NCBI GenBank assembly: GCA_038087875.1
Contig: CM075990.1
Location: forward strand, 3,908,001-3,972,000
DNA: 64,000 nt
Direction of reading: 5' to 3'
From: Malacoraja senta
Taxonomy: Eukaryota
Numbering within the stretch: position 1 is the first letter of the stretch; every line of letters starts with the position of its first letter. Under the pieces are notes generated by a model. The model did no database searches, was not told where the DNA came from, and saw only the letters and a list, made by a program, of their open reading frames with translations. Positions 52,799-64,000 of this stretch are shown one piece after another. Both the position numbers and the translations under genes were made by a program.

Positions 52799-52921
52799 AG
52801 ACCGTGTGCAAGACGGGAATGGTGCTGTTGTGCGGTGAGATCACGTCGCGCGCAGTTGTTGATTACCAGCGAGTGGTGAGGGACGCGATCCAATTAATCG
52901 GGTACGACAACTCATCCAAAG
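52799..52921 (+). CDS. MAT1A: MAT1A-like coding exon 3
   Basis: ctccag acceptor and GTCAGT donor; 123 nt; (E)[51 protein letters not shown] is the MAT1A-type form. Confidence 0.95.
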
Positions 52922-54229
52922 GTCAGTGGACACTCGTTCAGCTAAGTCTCAACATGATGGATGAACCATTCAGTTCTTCTGCAATCTCTGTGCTTTATTA
53001 TGAAGTATGTTCATATGTGATAGGAGCAGAATTAGACCATTCGGCCCATCATGTCTGATTTATCTCTCCCCCCTAACCCCATTCTCCTGCCTTCTCCCCA
53101 TAACCCCTGACACCCGTACTAATCAAGAATCAATTTATCTCTGCCTTAAAAATATCCACTGACGGCCTCCACAGCCTTCTGTGGCAGTGAATTCCACAAA
53201 AAGATTCACCACCCTCTGACTGAAGAAATTCCTCCTCATCTACTTCCCAAAGGAACGTCCTTTAATTCTGAGACGATGGCCTCTGGTCCTAGACTCTCCC
53301 ACTTGTAGAAACATCCTCTCCACATCCCAGGCTTTTCACTATTCGGTAAGTTTCAATGAGGTCCCTCCTCATCCTTCTATACTCCAGCGAGTACAGGCCC
53401 AGTGCCGTCCAAACTGGCGTACCATCAAACTATGACCGACTCCCGTCAATTACTAAACCCCATGAGATCTTCCATGGGTCACTTTGGTTTTCTAGATTCT
53501 CTCCAGGTCACACGGTTTTCAGTTGGGACCATTCCTCTGGACTGCTGGGAAATGCTAGGTATTTTCCGCAAAGACTCCCCTCCCCATTCCCACACTGATA
53601 TTTCTGTCCTGGGCCTCCTCCATTGCCAGAGTGAGGCCATACCCAAACTGGACCACCTCATATTCCACTTGGGTAGCTTACAACCCAACAGTATGAATAT
53701 TGAATCCTCCAATTTTAGATGACACCTCAACTCCTTCTTGGCCCCCCCTTCCCTTTGCCTCAACTTAGTGCGCACCCATTCCTCCCCTCCCCTCCCCCTT
53801 ACATTCTTTCTCTAGCTTCACAATTCGCAATTCTTCAATCCTTTTGTCTCGCACATCCCACGCCCTCTCTCCCCTTCCCAATGACCTCTCCCCTTCCCAA
53901 TGACCTCTCCACCCCATCCTAAACATCTATTCCACCTACGTGTTGGAAGGAACTGCAGATGCTGGTTTAACACTGAAGATAGATACAACATGCTGGAACA
54001 ACTCAGCGGGTCAGGCAGCATCCCTGGAGAAAAGGGAATCGGCGACGTTTAGGGTCGAGACCCTTCTTCAGACTGAGAGTCAGGGGAGAGGGAAACTAGG
54101 GATATGAAAAAGTACAAAGAATAAATGAATGAAAGGAACGGAAAGAACAAATCAAAGCCAGCAACGATGACCACGGAAAGGTGGAGCCCACAATGGGCCA
54201 TTGTTGGCTGTGGAGAAGGTGATAACGAG

Positions 54230-57200
54230 TGATACATAGATACATAGAAAATAGGTGCAGGAGTAGGCCATTCGGCCCTTCGAGCCTGCACCGCCATTCA
54301 ATATGATCATGGCTGATCATCCAACTCAGTATCCTGTACCTGCCTTCTCTCCATACCCCCTGATCCCTTTAGCCACAAGGGCCACATCTAACTCCCTCTT
54401 AAATATAGCCAATGAACTGGCCTCAACTACCCTCTGTGGCAGAGAGTTCCAGAGATTCACCACTGTCTGTGTGAAAATGTTTTTCCTCATCTCGGTCTTA
54501 AAGGATTTCCCCCTTATCCTTAAGCTGTGACCCCTTGTCCCGGACTTCCCCAACATCGGGAACAATCTTCCTGCATCTAGCCTGTCCAACCCCATAAGAA
54601 TTTTGTACGTTTCTATAAGATCCCCTCTCAATCTCCTAAATTCTAGCGAGTATAAGCCAAGTCTATCCAGTCTTTCTTCATATGAAAGTCCTGACATCCC
54701 AGGAATCAGTCTGGTGAACCTTCTCTGCACTCCCTCTATGGCTATAATGTCCTTCCTCAGATTTGGAGACCAAAACTGGGACGCAATACTCCAGGTGTGG
54801 TCTCACCAAGACCCTGTGCAGTAGAACCTCCCTGCTCCAATACTCAAATCCTTTTGCTATGAAAGCTAACATACCATTCGCTTTCTTCACTGCCTGCTGC
54901 ACCTGCATGCCTACTTTCAATGACTGGTGTACCATGACACCCAGGTCTCGCTGCCCATTTCCTAATCGGCCACCATTTAGATAATAGTCTGCTTTCCTGT
55001 TTTTGCCACCAAAGTGGATAACCTCACATTTATCCACATTATACTGCAACTGCCAAACATTTGCCCACTCACCCAGCCTATCAAGTCACCTTGCAGTCTC
55101 CTAGCATCCTCCTCACAGCTAACACTGCCCCCCAGCTTAGTGTCATCCGCAAACTTGGAGATGTTGCCTTCAATTCCCTCATCCAGACCATTAATATAAA
55201 TTGTAAATAGCTGGGTCCCAGCACTGAGCCTTGCGGTACCCCACTAGTCACTGCCTGCCATTGTGAAAAGACCTGTTTACTCCTACTCTTTGCTTCCTGT
55301 TTGCCAGCCAGTTCTCTATCCACATCAATACTGAACCCCCAATACCGTGTGCTTTAAGTTTGTATACTAATCTCTTATGTGGTACCTTGTCGAAAGCCTT
55401 CTGAAAGTCCAGATACAACACATCCACTGGTTCTCCCTTATCCACTCTACTAGTTACATCCTCGAAAAATTCTATAAGATTCGTCAGACATGATTTACCT
55501 TTCGTAAATCCATGCTGACTTTGTCCAATGATTTCACCACTTTCCAAATGTGCTGCTATCCCATCTTTAATAACTGACTCTAGCAGTTTCCCCACTACCG
55601 ATGTTAGACTAACTGGTCTGTAATTCCCCGTTTTCTCTCTCCCTCCTTAAAAAGTGGGGGTTACGTTTGCTACCCTCCAATCCTCAGGAACTACTCCAGA
55701 ATCTAAAGAGTTTTGAAAAATATCACTAATGCATCCACTATTTCTGGAGCTACTTCCTTAAGTACTCTGGGATGCAGCCTATCTGGCCCTGGTGATTTAT
55801 CGGCCTTTAATCCATTCAATTTACCCAACACCACTTCCCGACTAACCTGGATTTCACTCAGTTCCTCCATCTCCTTTGACCCGCGGCCCCCTGCTATTTC
55901 CGGCAGATTATTTATGTCTTCCTTAGTGAAGACGGAACCAAAGTAGTTATTCAATTGGTCCGCCATATCCTTGTTCCCCATGATCAATTCACCCGTTTCT
56001 GACTGCAAGGGACCTACATTTCTTTTAACTAATCTCTTTCTCTTCACATATCTATAAAAACTTTTGCAGTCAGTTTTTATGTTCCCTGCCAGTTTTCTTT
56101 CATAATCTATTTTCCCTTTCCTAATTAAGCCCTTTGTCCTCCTCTGCTGTCTCTGAATTTCTCCCAGTCCTCTGGTATGCTGCTTTTTCTGGCTAGTTTG
56201 TACGCATCATCTTTTGCTTTGATACTATCCCTGATTTCCCTTGTTATCCACGGATGCACTACCTTCCCTGATTTATTCTTTTGCCAAACTGGGATGAACA
56301 ATTTTTGTAGTTCATCCATGCAGTCTTTAAATGCCTTCCATTGCATATCCACCGTCAACCCTTTTAGAACTAATTGCCAGTCAATCTTGGCCAATTCGCG
56401 TCGCATACCCTCAAAGTTAACTTTCTTTAAGTTCAGAACCGTGTTTCTGAATTAACAATGTCACTCTCCATCCTAATGAAGAACTCAACCATATTATGGT
56501 CACTCTTGCCCAAGGGGCACGCACAACAAGACTGCTAACTAACCCTTCCTCATTACTCAATACCCAGTCTAGAATAGCCTGCTCTCTCGTTGGTTCCTCT
56601 ACATGTTGGTTTAGATAATTATCCCGCATACATTCCAAGAAATCCTCTTCCCTCAGCACCCCAGCCAATTTGATTCACCAATCTATATGTAGATTGAAGT
56701 CACCCATTATAACTGTTTTGCCTTTGTTGCACGCATTTCTAATTTCCTGTTTGATGCCATCCCCAACTTCACTACTACTGCTAGGTGGCCTGTACACAAC
56801 ACCCACCAACGTTTTCTGCCCCTTAGTGTTTCGCAGCTTTACCCATACCGATTCCACATCCTCCAAGCTAATGTCCTTCCTTTCCACTGCGTTAATCTCC
56901 TCTCTAACCAGCAACGCTACCCCACCTCCTTTTCCTTTCTTTCTATCCCTCCTGAATATTGAATATCCCCTGGATGTTCAGCTCCCAGCCTTGGTCACCC
57001 TGGAGCCATGTCTCCGTGATCCCAACTATATCATAATCATTAATAGCTATCTGCACGTTCAACTCATCCACCTTATTATGAATGCTCCTTGTATTGAGAC
57101 ACAAAGCCTTCAGGCTTGTTTTTACAACGCTCTTACCCCTTATACAATTATGTTGAAAAGTGGCCCTTTTTGATTTTTGCCCTGGATTTTTCTGCCTGCC

Positions 57201-58390
57201 ACTTTTACTTTTCACCTTGCTACCTATTGCTCCGCCCGCATTTTACACCCCTCTGTTTCTCTGCTCACCCATTTAAGAACCCCACCACCTCTTATTCTCT
57301 GTTTATTATTGTTTTCTTCTTTCCCCCCTACATGTTGGGTCTGAGTGCTTTCCCTCTCTGCCTCCTGCCTCACACACTGTCTAATAGCATTCTCTATTTG
57401 AGTCCCTCCCCCCAACCATTCTAGTTTAAAGTCTCCCCAGTAGCCTTTGCTGATCTCCCCGCCAGGATATCGGTCCCCCTCAGGTTCAAGTGCAACCCAT
57501 CCTTTTTGTACAGGTCGCACCTTCCACAAAAGAGGTCCCAATGATCCAGAAATTTGAATCCCTGCCTTCTGCACCAGTCCTTCAGCCACGCATTTATCCT
57601 CCACCTCGCTCCATTCCTACTCTCACTGTCGCGTGGCACAGGCAGTAATCCCGAGATTGTTACCTTCGCTGTCCTTCTCTTTAACTCCCCTCCTAACTCC
57701 CTAAATTCTCCTTTCAGGACCTCTTCTCTTTTTCTACCTATGTCGTTGGTACCTATATGTACCACGACCTCGGGCTCCTCTCCCTGCCCTTTCAGGATAT
57801 CTTGGACACGTTGAGACACATCACAGACCCTGGCACCAGGGAGGCAAACTACCATCCGGGTCTCCTGACTGCGTCCACAGAATCGCCTGTCTGACCCCCT
57901 AACTATAGAGTCCCCTATTAGTATTGGCCCTCCTCTTCTTTTCCTTACCCTTCTGAGCAACAGGCCGGTCTCTATACCGGAGGCCCGGCCACTGTCGCTA
58001 ACCCCAGGCAGGCTGTCCCCCCCAACAGTGCTCAAACAGGAGTACTTATTGTCAAGGTGTACAGCCACTGGGGTAACTCTCTAGTCCCTGCCTGTGCCCC
58101 TTGCCTCTCCCAACCGTGATCCACTTTCCTGCCTCCTGTGGTGTTGGAGTGACCACCTCCCTGTAACTCCTCTCAATGACTTCCTCGCTCTCCCTGACCA
58201 GACGGAGGTCATCGAGCTGCTGCTCCAGGTTCCTAATACGGTCCATTAGGAGCCCCATCTCGATACACCTGGCGCAGATGTGGACATCTGGAGGGCTATC
58301 AGACTCCATGACTTCCCACATCTGACATCCAGAACAGTAAACTGCCCTGGCCCTCATACTCCCCTTACCTAGGATACAATACAAAACAAA
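54230..58390 (-). mobile_element. Near-full-length CR1 LINE, antisense in MAT1A intron 3; ORF1 zinc finger plus SGNH esterase, ORF2 APE plus RT; frameshifted
   Basis: ORF1 from ATG at 58357: CSGCQMW..CARC, GDSIVRG, HIGTND, DGLHLN. ORF2: VGITETW, GVVYRPP, MGDFN, LDWVL, LYLDFQKAFDKV, GVPQGSVLGP. Ends in a tandem-repeat tail. Confidence 0.93.
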
Positions 58391-58842
58391 CTGCTACAAA
58401 CAGTGAAACTAAGCAGGATGACAGCGAAACTAGTAGGACGACTGGGGTGGGGGAGGGACGGAGAGAGAGGGGATGCAAGAGTTACTTGAGGTTGGAGAAG
58501 TCAATGTTCATACCATTGGGTTGTAAGCTGCCCAGGCGAAATACGAGGTGCTGTCCCTCCAATTAGCACCTCCTCTTTCACCTATATCCCTCTGGCTACA
58601 TATTTCTCTTCTCTCAACCTTACACTCTTTCATTTCCCGTTCATCTCTCACATTTGTCCACCCATTTGCTAATCAAAGCCTCCCTCACCTGTATCCACCT
58701 ATCACAGGTTTTGCCCACCCCTACCTCTCTTTCCGCTTCCCCTCCCCCACCGCTACAATCAGTCTGAAGAAGGGCCCAACCCCCAAAACATTCACCTACG
58801 TCCATTCCGCTACATGACCCGCTGAGTTCCTCCAACACGATT

Positions 58843-59211
58843 CACTTACTGCCTATTATGCCTCCTGGTATGTAGGGCAGCAACACTCCTGTCTGTTCTG
58901 GGCTAGCTTCTGGACACTACCCCCAGGTCAGGTCATCTATCACTAGCCCTGGAAGTCCATCACGCTCAGTAGTGTTGATTCCTTCAGTTGCTGTTTCTGT
59001 AACATATTTGTTTTACGAGACAGGATTGTTAGCCCTGTGCTCAACCTCCAACCTGGAGGACCAGTGGATCGCTCTTGGTCTCGCCTCGACCTTTCGACCT
59101 GTCCAGCATGGGAGACCCTAACAGGAGACGAATCTCCCGCTGGCATAGCTCTAGGGGTCACTGAGACACACAAGCTCCCGACCACGACAAGGTTGCAATC
59201 CAACGGGGAGC
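58843..59211 (-). mobile_element. Bipartite non-autonomous RTE-type retroelement, second family
   Basis: Minus-strand 5' GCTCCCCGTTGGATTGCAACCTTGTCGTGG... is homologous to the 19699 copy; different 3' part ending GGCAGTAAGTG; TSD AACACGATT (58834-58842) / AACGCGATT (59212-59220). Confidence 0.75.
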
Positions 59212-59274
59212 AACGCGATTCCGTTTTTTTTAGCTTTATAGATACTTCATGGAAACAGGCCCTTCGGCCCATCT

Positions 59275-61146
59275 AGCACCATCCCCGACTTCATCAACTC
59301 CGACTCCCTGCCCCCCCAAGCCTCCAACCTCATCGTTCCCCAGCCCCGCACGGCCCGATTTTACCTTCTCCCCAAAATCCACAAACCTGACTGTCCCGGT
59401 AGACCCATTGTCTCTGCCTGTTCGTGCCCCACCGAACTCATCTCCGCCTACCTCGACTCCATCCTATCCCCCTTGGTTAAATCCCTCCCTACCTATGTTC
59501 AAGACACCTCAGACACTCTCCGTCGTCTCCGCGCATTCCATTCTCTAGGCCCTCATCCCCTCATCTTCACCATGGACGTCCAGTCACTCTACACCTCCAT
59601 CCCCACCAGGATGGTCTCAAAGCCCTCCAGTTCTTCCTCGACCGGAGGAGCAACCTTTACCCGTCCACTGATACTCTCCTCCGCCTAGCGGAGTTGGTCC
59701 TTACCCTCAATAACTTCTCGTTTGACTCCTCCCATTTCCTCCAAATACAAGGCGTAGCTATGGGCACACGCATGGGCCCCAGCTACGCCTGCCTCTTTGT
59801 CGGGTACGTTGGACAATCCTTGTTCGATGCGTACCAGGGCCCCATCCCCAACCTCTACCTCCGGCTACATCGACGATTGCTTTGGTGCTACCTCCTGCCC
59901 CCCCACACAACTCACTGACTTCATCCACTTCACCACTAACTTCCATCCGGCACTCAAATACACCTGGACCATTTCTGACACCTCCCTACCATTCCTTGAC
60001 CTCACCATCGCAGGTGATAGACTTCTGACCGACATCCACTATAAACCCACGGACTCCAACGGCTATCTCGACTACTCTTCCTCCCACCCTGCTTCCTGTA
60101 AGGACTCCATCCCCATCTCCCAATTCCTCCGTCTACGCCGCATCTGCTCCGAGGATGAGGTGTTCCACACCAGGGCATCGCAAATGTCCTCATTCTTCAG
60201 GGAATGGGGGTTCCCCTCTCCTACTATAGATGAGGCTCGCACCAGGGTCTCTGCCATACCCCGTAACACTGCTCTCTCTCCCATCCCCCCACTCGCAACA
60301 AGGGCAGAGTCCCCCTAGTCCTCACCTTTCACCCCACTAGCCGGCACATACAACAAACAGTCCTCCGTCAGTTTCGCCACCTCCAACGTGACCCCAACAC
60401 TCGCCACATCTTCCCATCTCCCCCCCTGTCTGCCTTCCGCAAAGACCGCTCCCTCCGTAACTCCCTTGTCAATTCTTCCCTTCCCTTCCCTCCCACTCCA
60501 CCCCCTCCCCGGGCACTTTCCCTTGCAACCGCAAGAGATGCGACACTTGTCCCTTTACCTCCCCCCTTGACTCCATTCAAGGACCTAAGCAGTCGTTCCA
60601 GGTGCGACAGAGGTTCACCTGCATCTCCTCCAACCTCATCTATTGCATCCGCTGCTCTAGATGTCAGCTGATCTATATTGGTGAGACCAAGCGGAGGCTT
60701 GGCGATCGTTTCGCCGAACACCTCCGCTCGGTCCGCATTAACCAACCTGACCTCCCGGTGGCTCAGCACTTCAACTCCCCCTCCCATTCCGTATCCGACC
60801 TCTCTGTCCTGGGGCCTCCTCCACGGCCAGTGAGCAACACCGGAAATTGGAGGAACAGCACCTCATATTCCGCTTGGGCAGTCTGCATCCAGGTGGCATG
60901 AACATTGAATTCTCACAATTCTGTTAGCCCTTGCTGTCTCCTCCCCTTCCTACCTCTCCCTCAGCCCTCGGGCTCCACCTCCTCCTTTTTCCTTTCTTCT
61001 CCCCCCCACCCCCCATCAATCTGAAGAAGGGTTTCGGCCCGAAATGTTGCCTATCTCCTTCGCTCCATAGATGCTGCTGCACCCGCTGAGTTTCTCCAGC
61101 ATTTTTGTGTGCCTTCGATTTTCCAGCATCTGCAGTTCCTTCTTAA
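59275..61146 (+). mobile_element. Penelope-like retroelement (RT plus GIY-YIG), disrupted, in MAT1A intron 3
   Basis: FTMDVQSLYTSIP, QGVAMGTRMGPSYACLFVG, YIDDCFG and IYCIRCSRCQLIYIGETKRRL; closely similar to 26762-28290; ends in the same terminal module. Confidence 0.92.
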
Positions 61147-62506
61147 ACCCTTCGGCCCACCGACTCCATGCCGACTATCGCTCACCCATTCACATTGATT
61201 CTGTGTGACCCCAGGTTCTCATCCGTGGGAGGACGTGATCGTGCAGTCTGCAGCGTTTACGCCCCCAAAACCAAGTCGTGCAGATGCACAAAAGCTAAAT
61301 ACATTCAAGTTTCTCTCAGTGAGGGGAAGTATCATTTAAAACTCAATAGAATGAAGTTGATAAGAACTCCGTCAAGTTGTATTTTCTTTTTGCATTTAGT
61401 TTAGTTTAGTGCAGGTTATTATTGTCATGTGTACCGGGGTCACAGTGAAAAGCTTTAGTGCGCTTGCTGTTCAGTCAAAGAGAAGACTGTACGTCAATGC
61501 CGTCAAGTCGTCTGCCATTTTGTAAATGGTACAGGAAAATTAATTCTCAAGTAGCAATTTTAGTATTAGTATTTGGATTTAATAGTTGTGGTGCCTTAGG
61601 GCAGTGGTGGATGTCACTTGATACTGGATTGTACTAGATAGCAAAAAAAAGAACAAAATACTGGCTATGCTGAAAAAAGGCACAAAATGCTGGAGTAACT
61701 CAGCAGGTCAGGCAGCGACTCTGGAGAACATGGACTGGTGACGTTTTTCCCCTACTCCGGACCGTTCTTCAGACTGAGGTGGGACCTAAGGGAGAAAGCT
61801 GGAAGAGAGGTGCGGGCAGGACAAAGCTTGGCAAGTGATAGGTGGATACAGGTGAGGGGGTGGGGGGAGGGAGCAAAGGCCAGAGAGGAAGTGGCAAAAA
61901 GAGTGGGATGAGGATAGATGAGGTGAAAATGTGAAGCCAGAGAAAGGAATCTTGGGCGAAGTGGACAAGGGGAGGGGGATGTGGACAAATAGGTGTGGCA
62001 CAGGGAGGAAGGGCGGGAAGAACAAAAAGGGGGGATTATTAGTAAATTAGTTACCTGAAATTGGAGAGTTAGACAATAAAACCATAAGACAGTGGAGAGG
62101 AATTAGGCCATTCGGCCCATCAAGTCTATTCTGCCATTTGATCTATTTTTTTCCTCTCAACCCCATTCACCTGCCATCTCCAGATAACTTTTGATGGCGT
62201 TACTAATCAAGAACCTATCTATCTCCACTTTAAAAATACCCAATGTCTTGGCCTCCACAGCCGTCTGTGGCAATGAATTCCACAGATTCACCACCCTCTG
62301 GCTAAAAAGAAATTCCTCCTCCTCTCCTTTCCAAAAATAGGTCCTTTTATTCTGAGGCTGTTCCCTCTGGTCCTCGATTCCCCCACTAGTGGAAACATCC
62401 TCTCCACATCCACTCTATCCAGGCTTTTCATTGTCTGGTAGTTTGCAATGAGACCGCCCCCCCCTCCCCATTGCTAATGGTCTGGCGGGTGTTTTCCCGG
62501 CTGCAG

Positions 62507-62619
62507 GTTTTGACTACAAGACCTGCAACGTGCTGGTTGCATTGGAGCAGCAGTCGCCAGACATCGCGCAGGGAGTGCATCTGGACCGGGACGAAGAGGA
62601 CATTGGTGCTGGAGACCAG
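62507..62619 (+). CDS. MAT1A: MAT1A-like coding exon 4
   Basis: ctgcag acceptor, GTCAGT donor, branch-like GCTAAT at 62473; 113 nt; (G)[37 protein letters not shown] with the GAGDQ SAM-synthase motif. Confidence 0.95.
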
Positions 62620-62779
62620 GTCAGTCAAGCATCAAGCAGCCCCAATGCTCAGCACTTGTCACAGGTGGACAACCCAAGGGGAAATATCTGGCTCCCATAT
62701 TGACCGACATCAATGACACCATGCTCACTATGTCACTCCACATTGGGCACTTCACTGCCACCAGTCAGTGGGCACCGGG

Positions 62780-63065
62780 CATTTCACTGCCCCATGGTCA
62801 GTCTGTACTGGGTGCTTCACTGCCCCAATCCAGAACTGAAGATGTCCCGGTTGGGTTGCTCCTGGGCCTGGCCAAGCTGGCCATCTGTGAGACACACAGC
62901 GCCAGGTGGAGGAGGGCTCCGCCCGAGCCGGCTGCCTGCCCCTTTCCCGGAGATACGTCCACTCCCGGGTGGTACTAGGGAGGGACTCCACGCTGTCCGT
63001 GGACACACTGGGGGATTTCCGGGGCCGCTGGGCACCGCAGGGGGTGGAATGCGTTCTTAATAAGG
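62780..63065 (+). mobile_element. Tx1-like LINE ORF2 C-terminal fragment
   Basis: LLLGLAKLAI and RVVLGRDSTLSVDTLGDFRGRWAPQGVEC resemble Tx1-clade ORF2 ends (from recall). Confidence 0.55.
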
Positions 63066-64000
63066 TGCTATCGCCCAACTTGTACATGCCAGCTAAGATG
63101 CCCCACCTACACTAATCCCACCTGCCCACATTTGGCCCACATCCCTCTAAACTTATCCTATCCATGTACCTGTCCAAATGCCTTTTAAATGTTGTCATAG
63201 TACCTGCCTCAACTACCTCCTCTGGCAGTTCGTTCCATAAACTCACCACCCTCTGTGTGGAAAATGTTGCCCCTTAGGTTCATAGTAAATCTTTCCCCTC
63301 TCACTTTAAGCCCATGTCCTCTGGTTCTTGAATCCCCTCCTCTAAAAGACTCTGTGCATTTACCCTATGTATCCCCATTCCCCCCCCCCCCCAATGATAT
63401 TATACACCTTTATAAGATCATCCCTCATCCTGCACGCCAAGGAATAAAGTCCTAGCCTGCTCAACCTCTTCATAACTTAGGCACTGAAGTCCTGGCAACA
63501 ATGTTATAAATCTTCTCTACACCCTTTGCAGCTTAACAATATCCTTGCTAAGCAAGGTGACCAAAACTGAACACAATGCTCTCAATGTGGCCTGATCAGG
63601 GCAGCACAGTGCCGCAGCGTTAGAGTTGCTGCCTCACAGCGCTGTCGATCCTCACCACGGGTGCTGTCTGTATGGAGTTTCTACATTCTCCTTGTGACCG
63701 CGTGGGTTTTCTCTGGGTGCCCCGGTTTCACCCCACACGCCAAAGACATGCGAGCTTGTAGCTTAATTGGCTTCGGCAAAACTGTAAATTGTCCCTGGGG
63801 TGTTGGATAGTGCTCATGTACGGGGTGATCGCTGGTCGTTGCCGACTCGGTGGGCGGAAGGGTCTGTTGCCGCGCTGTTATCTCCAAAGCAAAGTAAAAG
63901 TACCAATGTTTAGTACAACTGTAACATGACCTCCCAACTTCTATACTCACTACTCTCCCGATAGCTGAGGCCCTGTTTTGTTTGGTGACGGTATCTGCCC

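Noticed and set aside
47240..61050. Sense-strand hammerhead cores in MAT1A introns all appear mutated, suggesting selection against pre-mRNA cleavage
   Set aside because: Antisense and intergenic copies show similar, largely CpG-type decay; too few copies to claim strand bias.

Overview
Vertebrate nuclear DNA, most likely from a cartilaginous fish (skate/ray type, inferred from the elasmobranch-style V-SINE, CR1 and Penelope repeat content). It is mostly transposon-derived. Host genes: the last three coding exons and 3' UTR of GHITM/TMBIM5 (+, 3541-5356), one tRNA-Thr(AGT) gene (-, 10027-10100), and a candidate promoter plus coding exons 1-4 of a methionine adenosyltransferase, most likely MAT1A (+, 46598-62619, continuing past the window). 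Mobile DNA includes a near-complete CR1 LINE, two Penelope-like elements, many V-SINEs, Rex1, Tx1 and Vingi-like fragments, and hAT- and Harbinger-type MITEs. Most interesting signals: (1) two divergent non-autonomous RTE-type elements whose 5' ends share a covarying nested-stem fold resembling an HDV-like ribozyme, one starting exactly at its target-site duplication; (2) an abundant Penelope-derived short repeat with a minimal hammerhead ribozyme core, often arranged head-to-head; (3) a MAT1A-type enzyme with Gly in place of the mammalian redox-switch Cys120/121; (4) a tandem duplication upstream of MAT1A that preserves a filled and an empty hAT insertion site. Almost all ORF-track entries are repeat artefacts. 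Family names are from recall, not database searches, and repeat boundaries are approximate unless a TSD is quoted.
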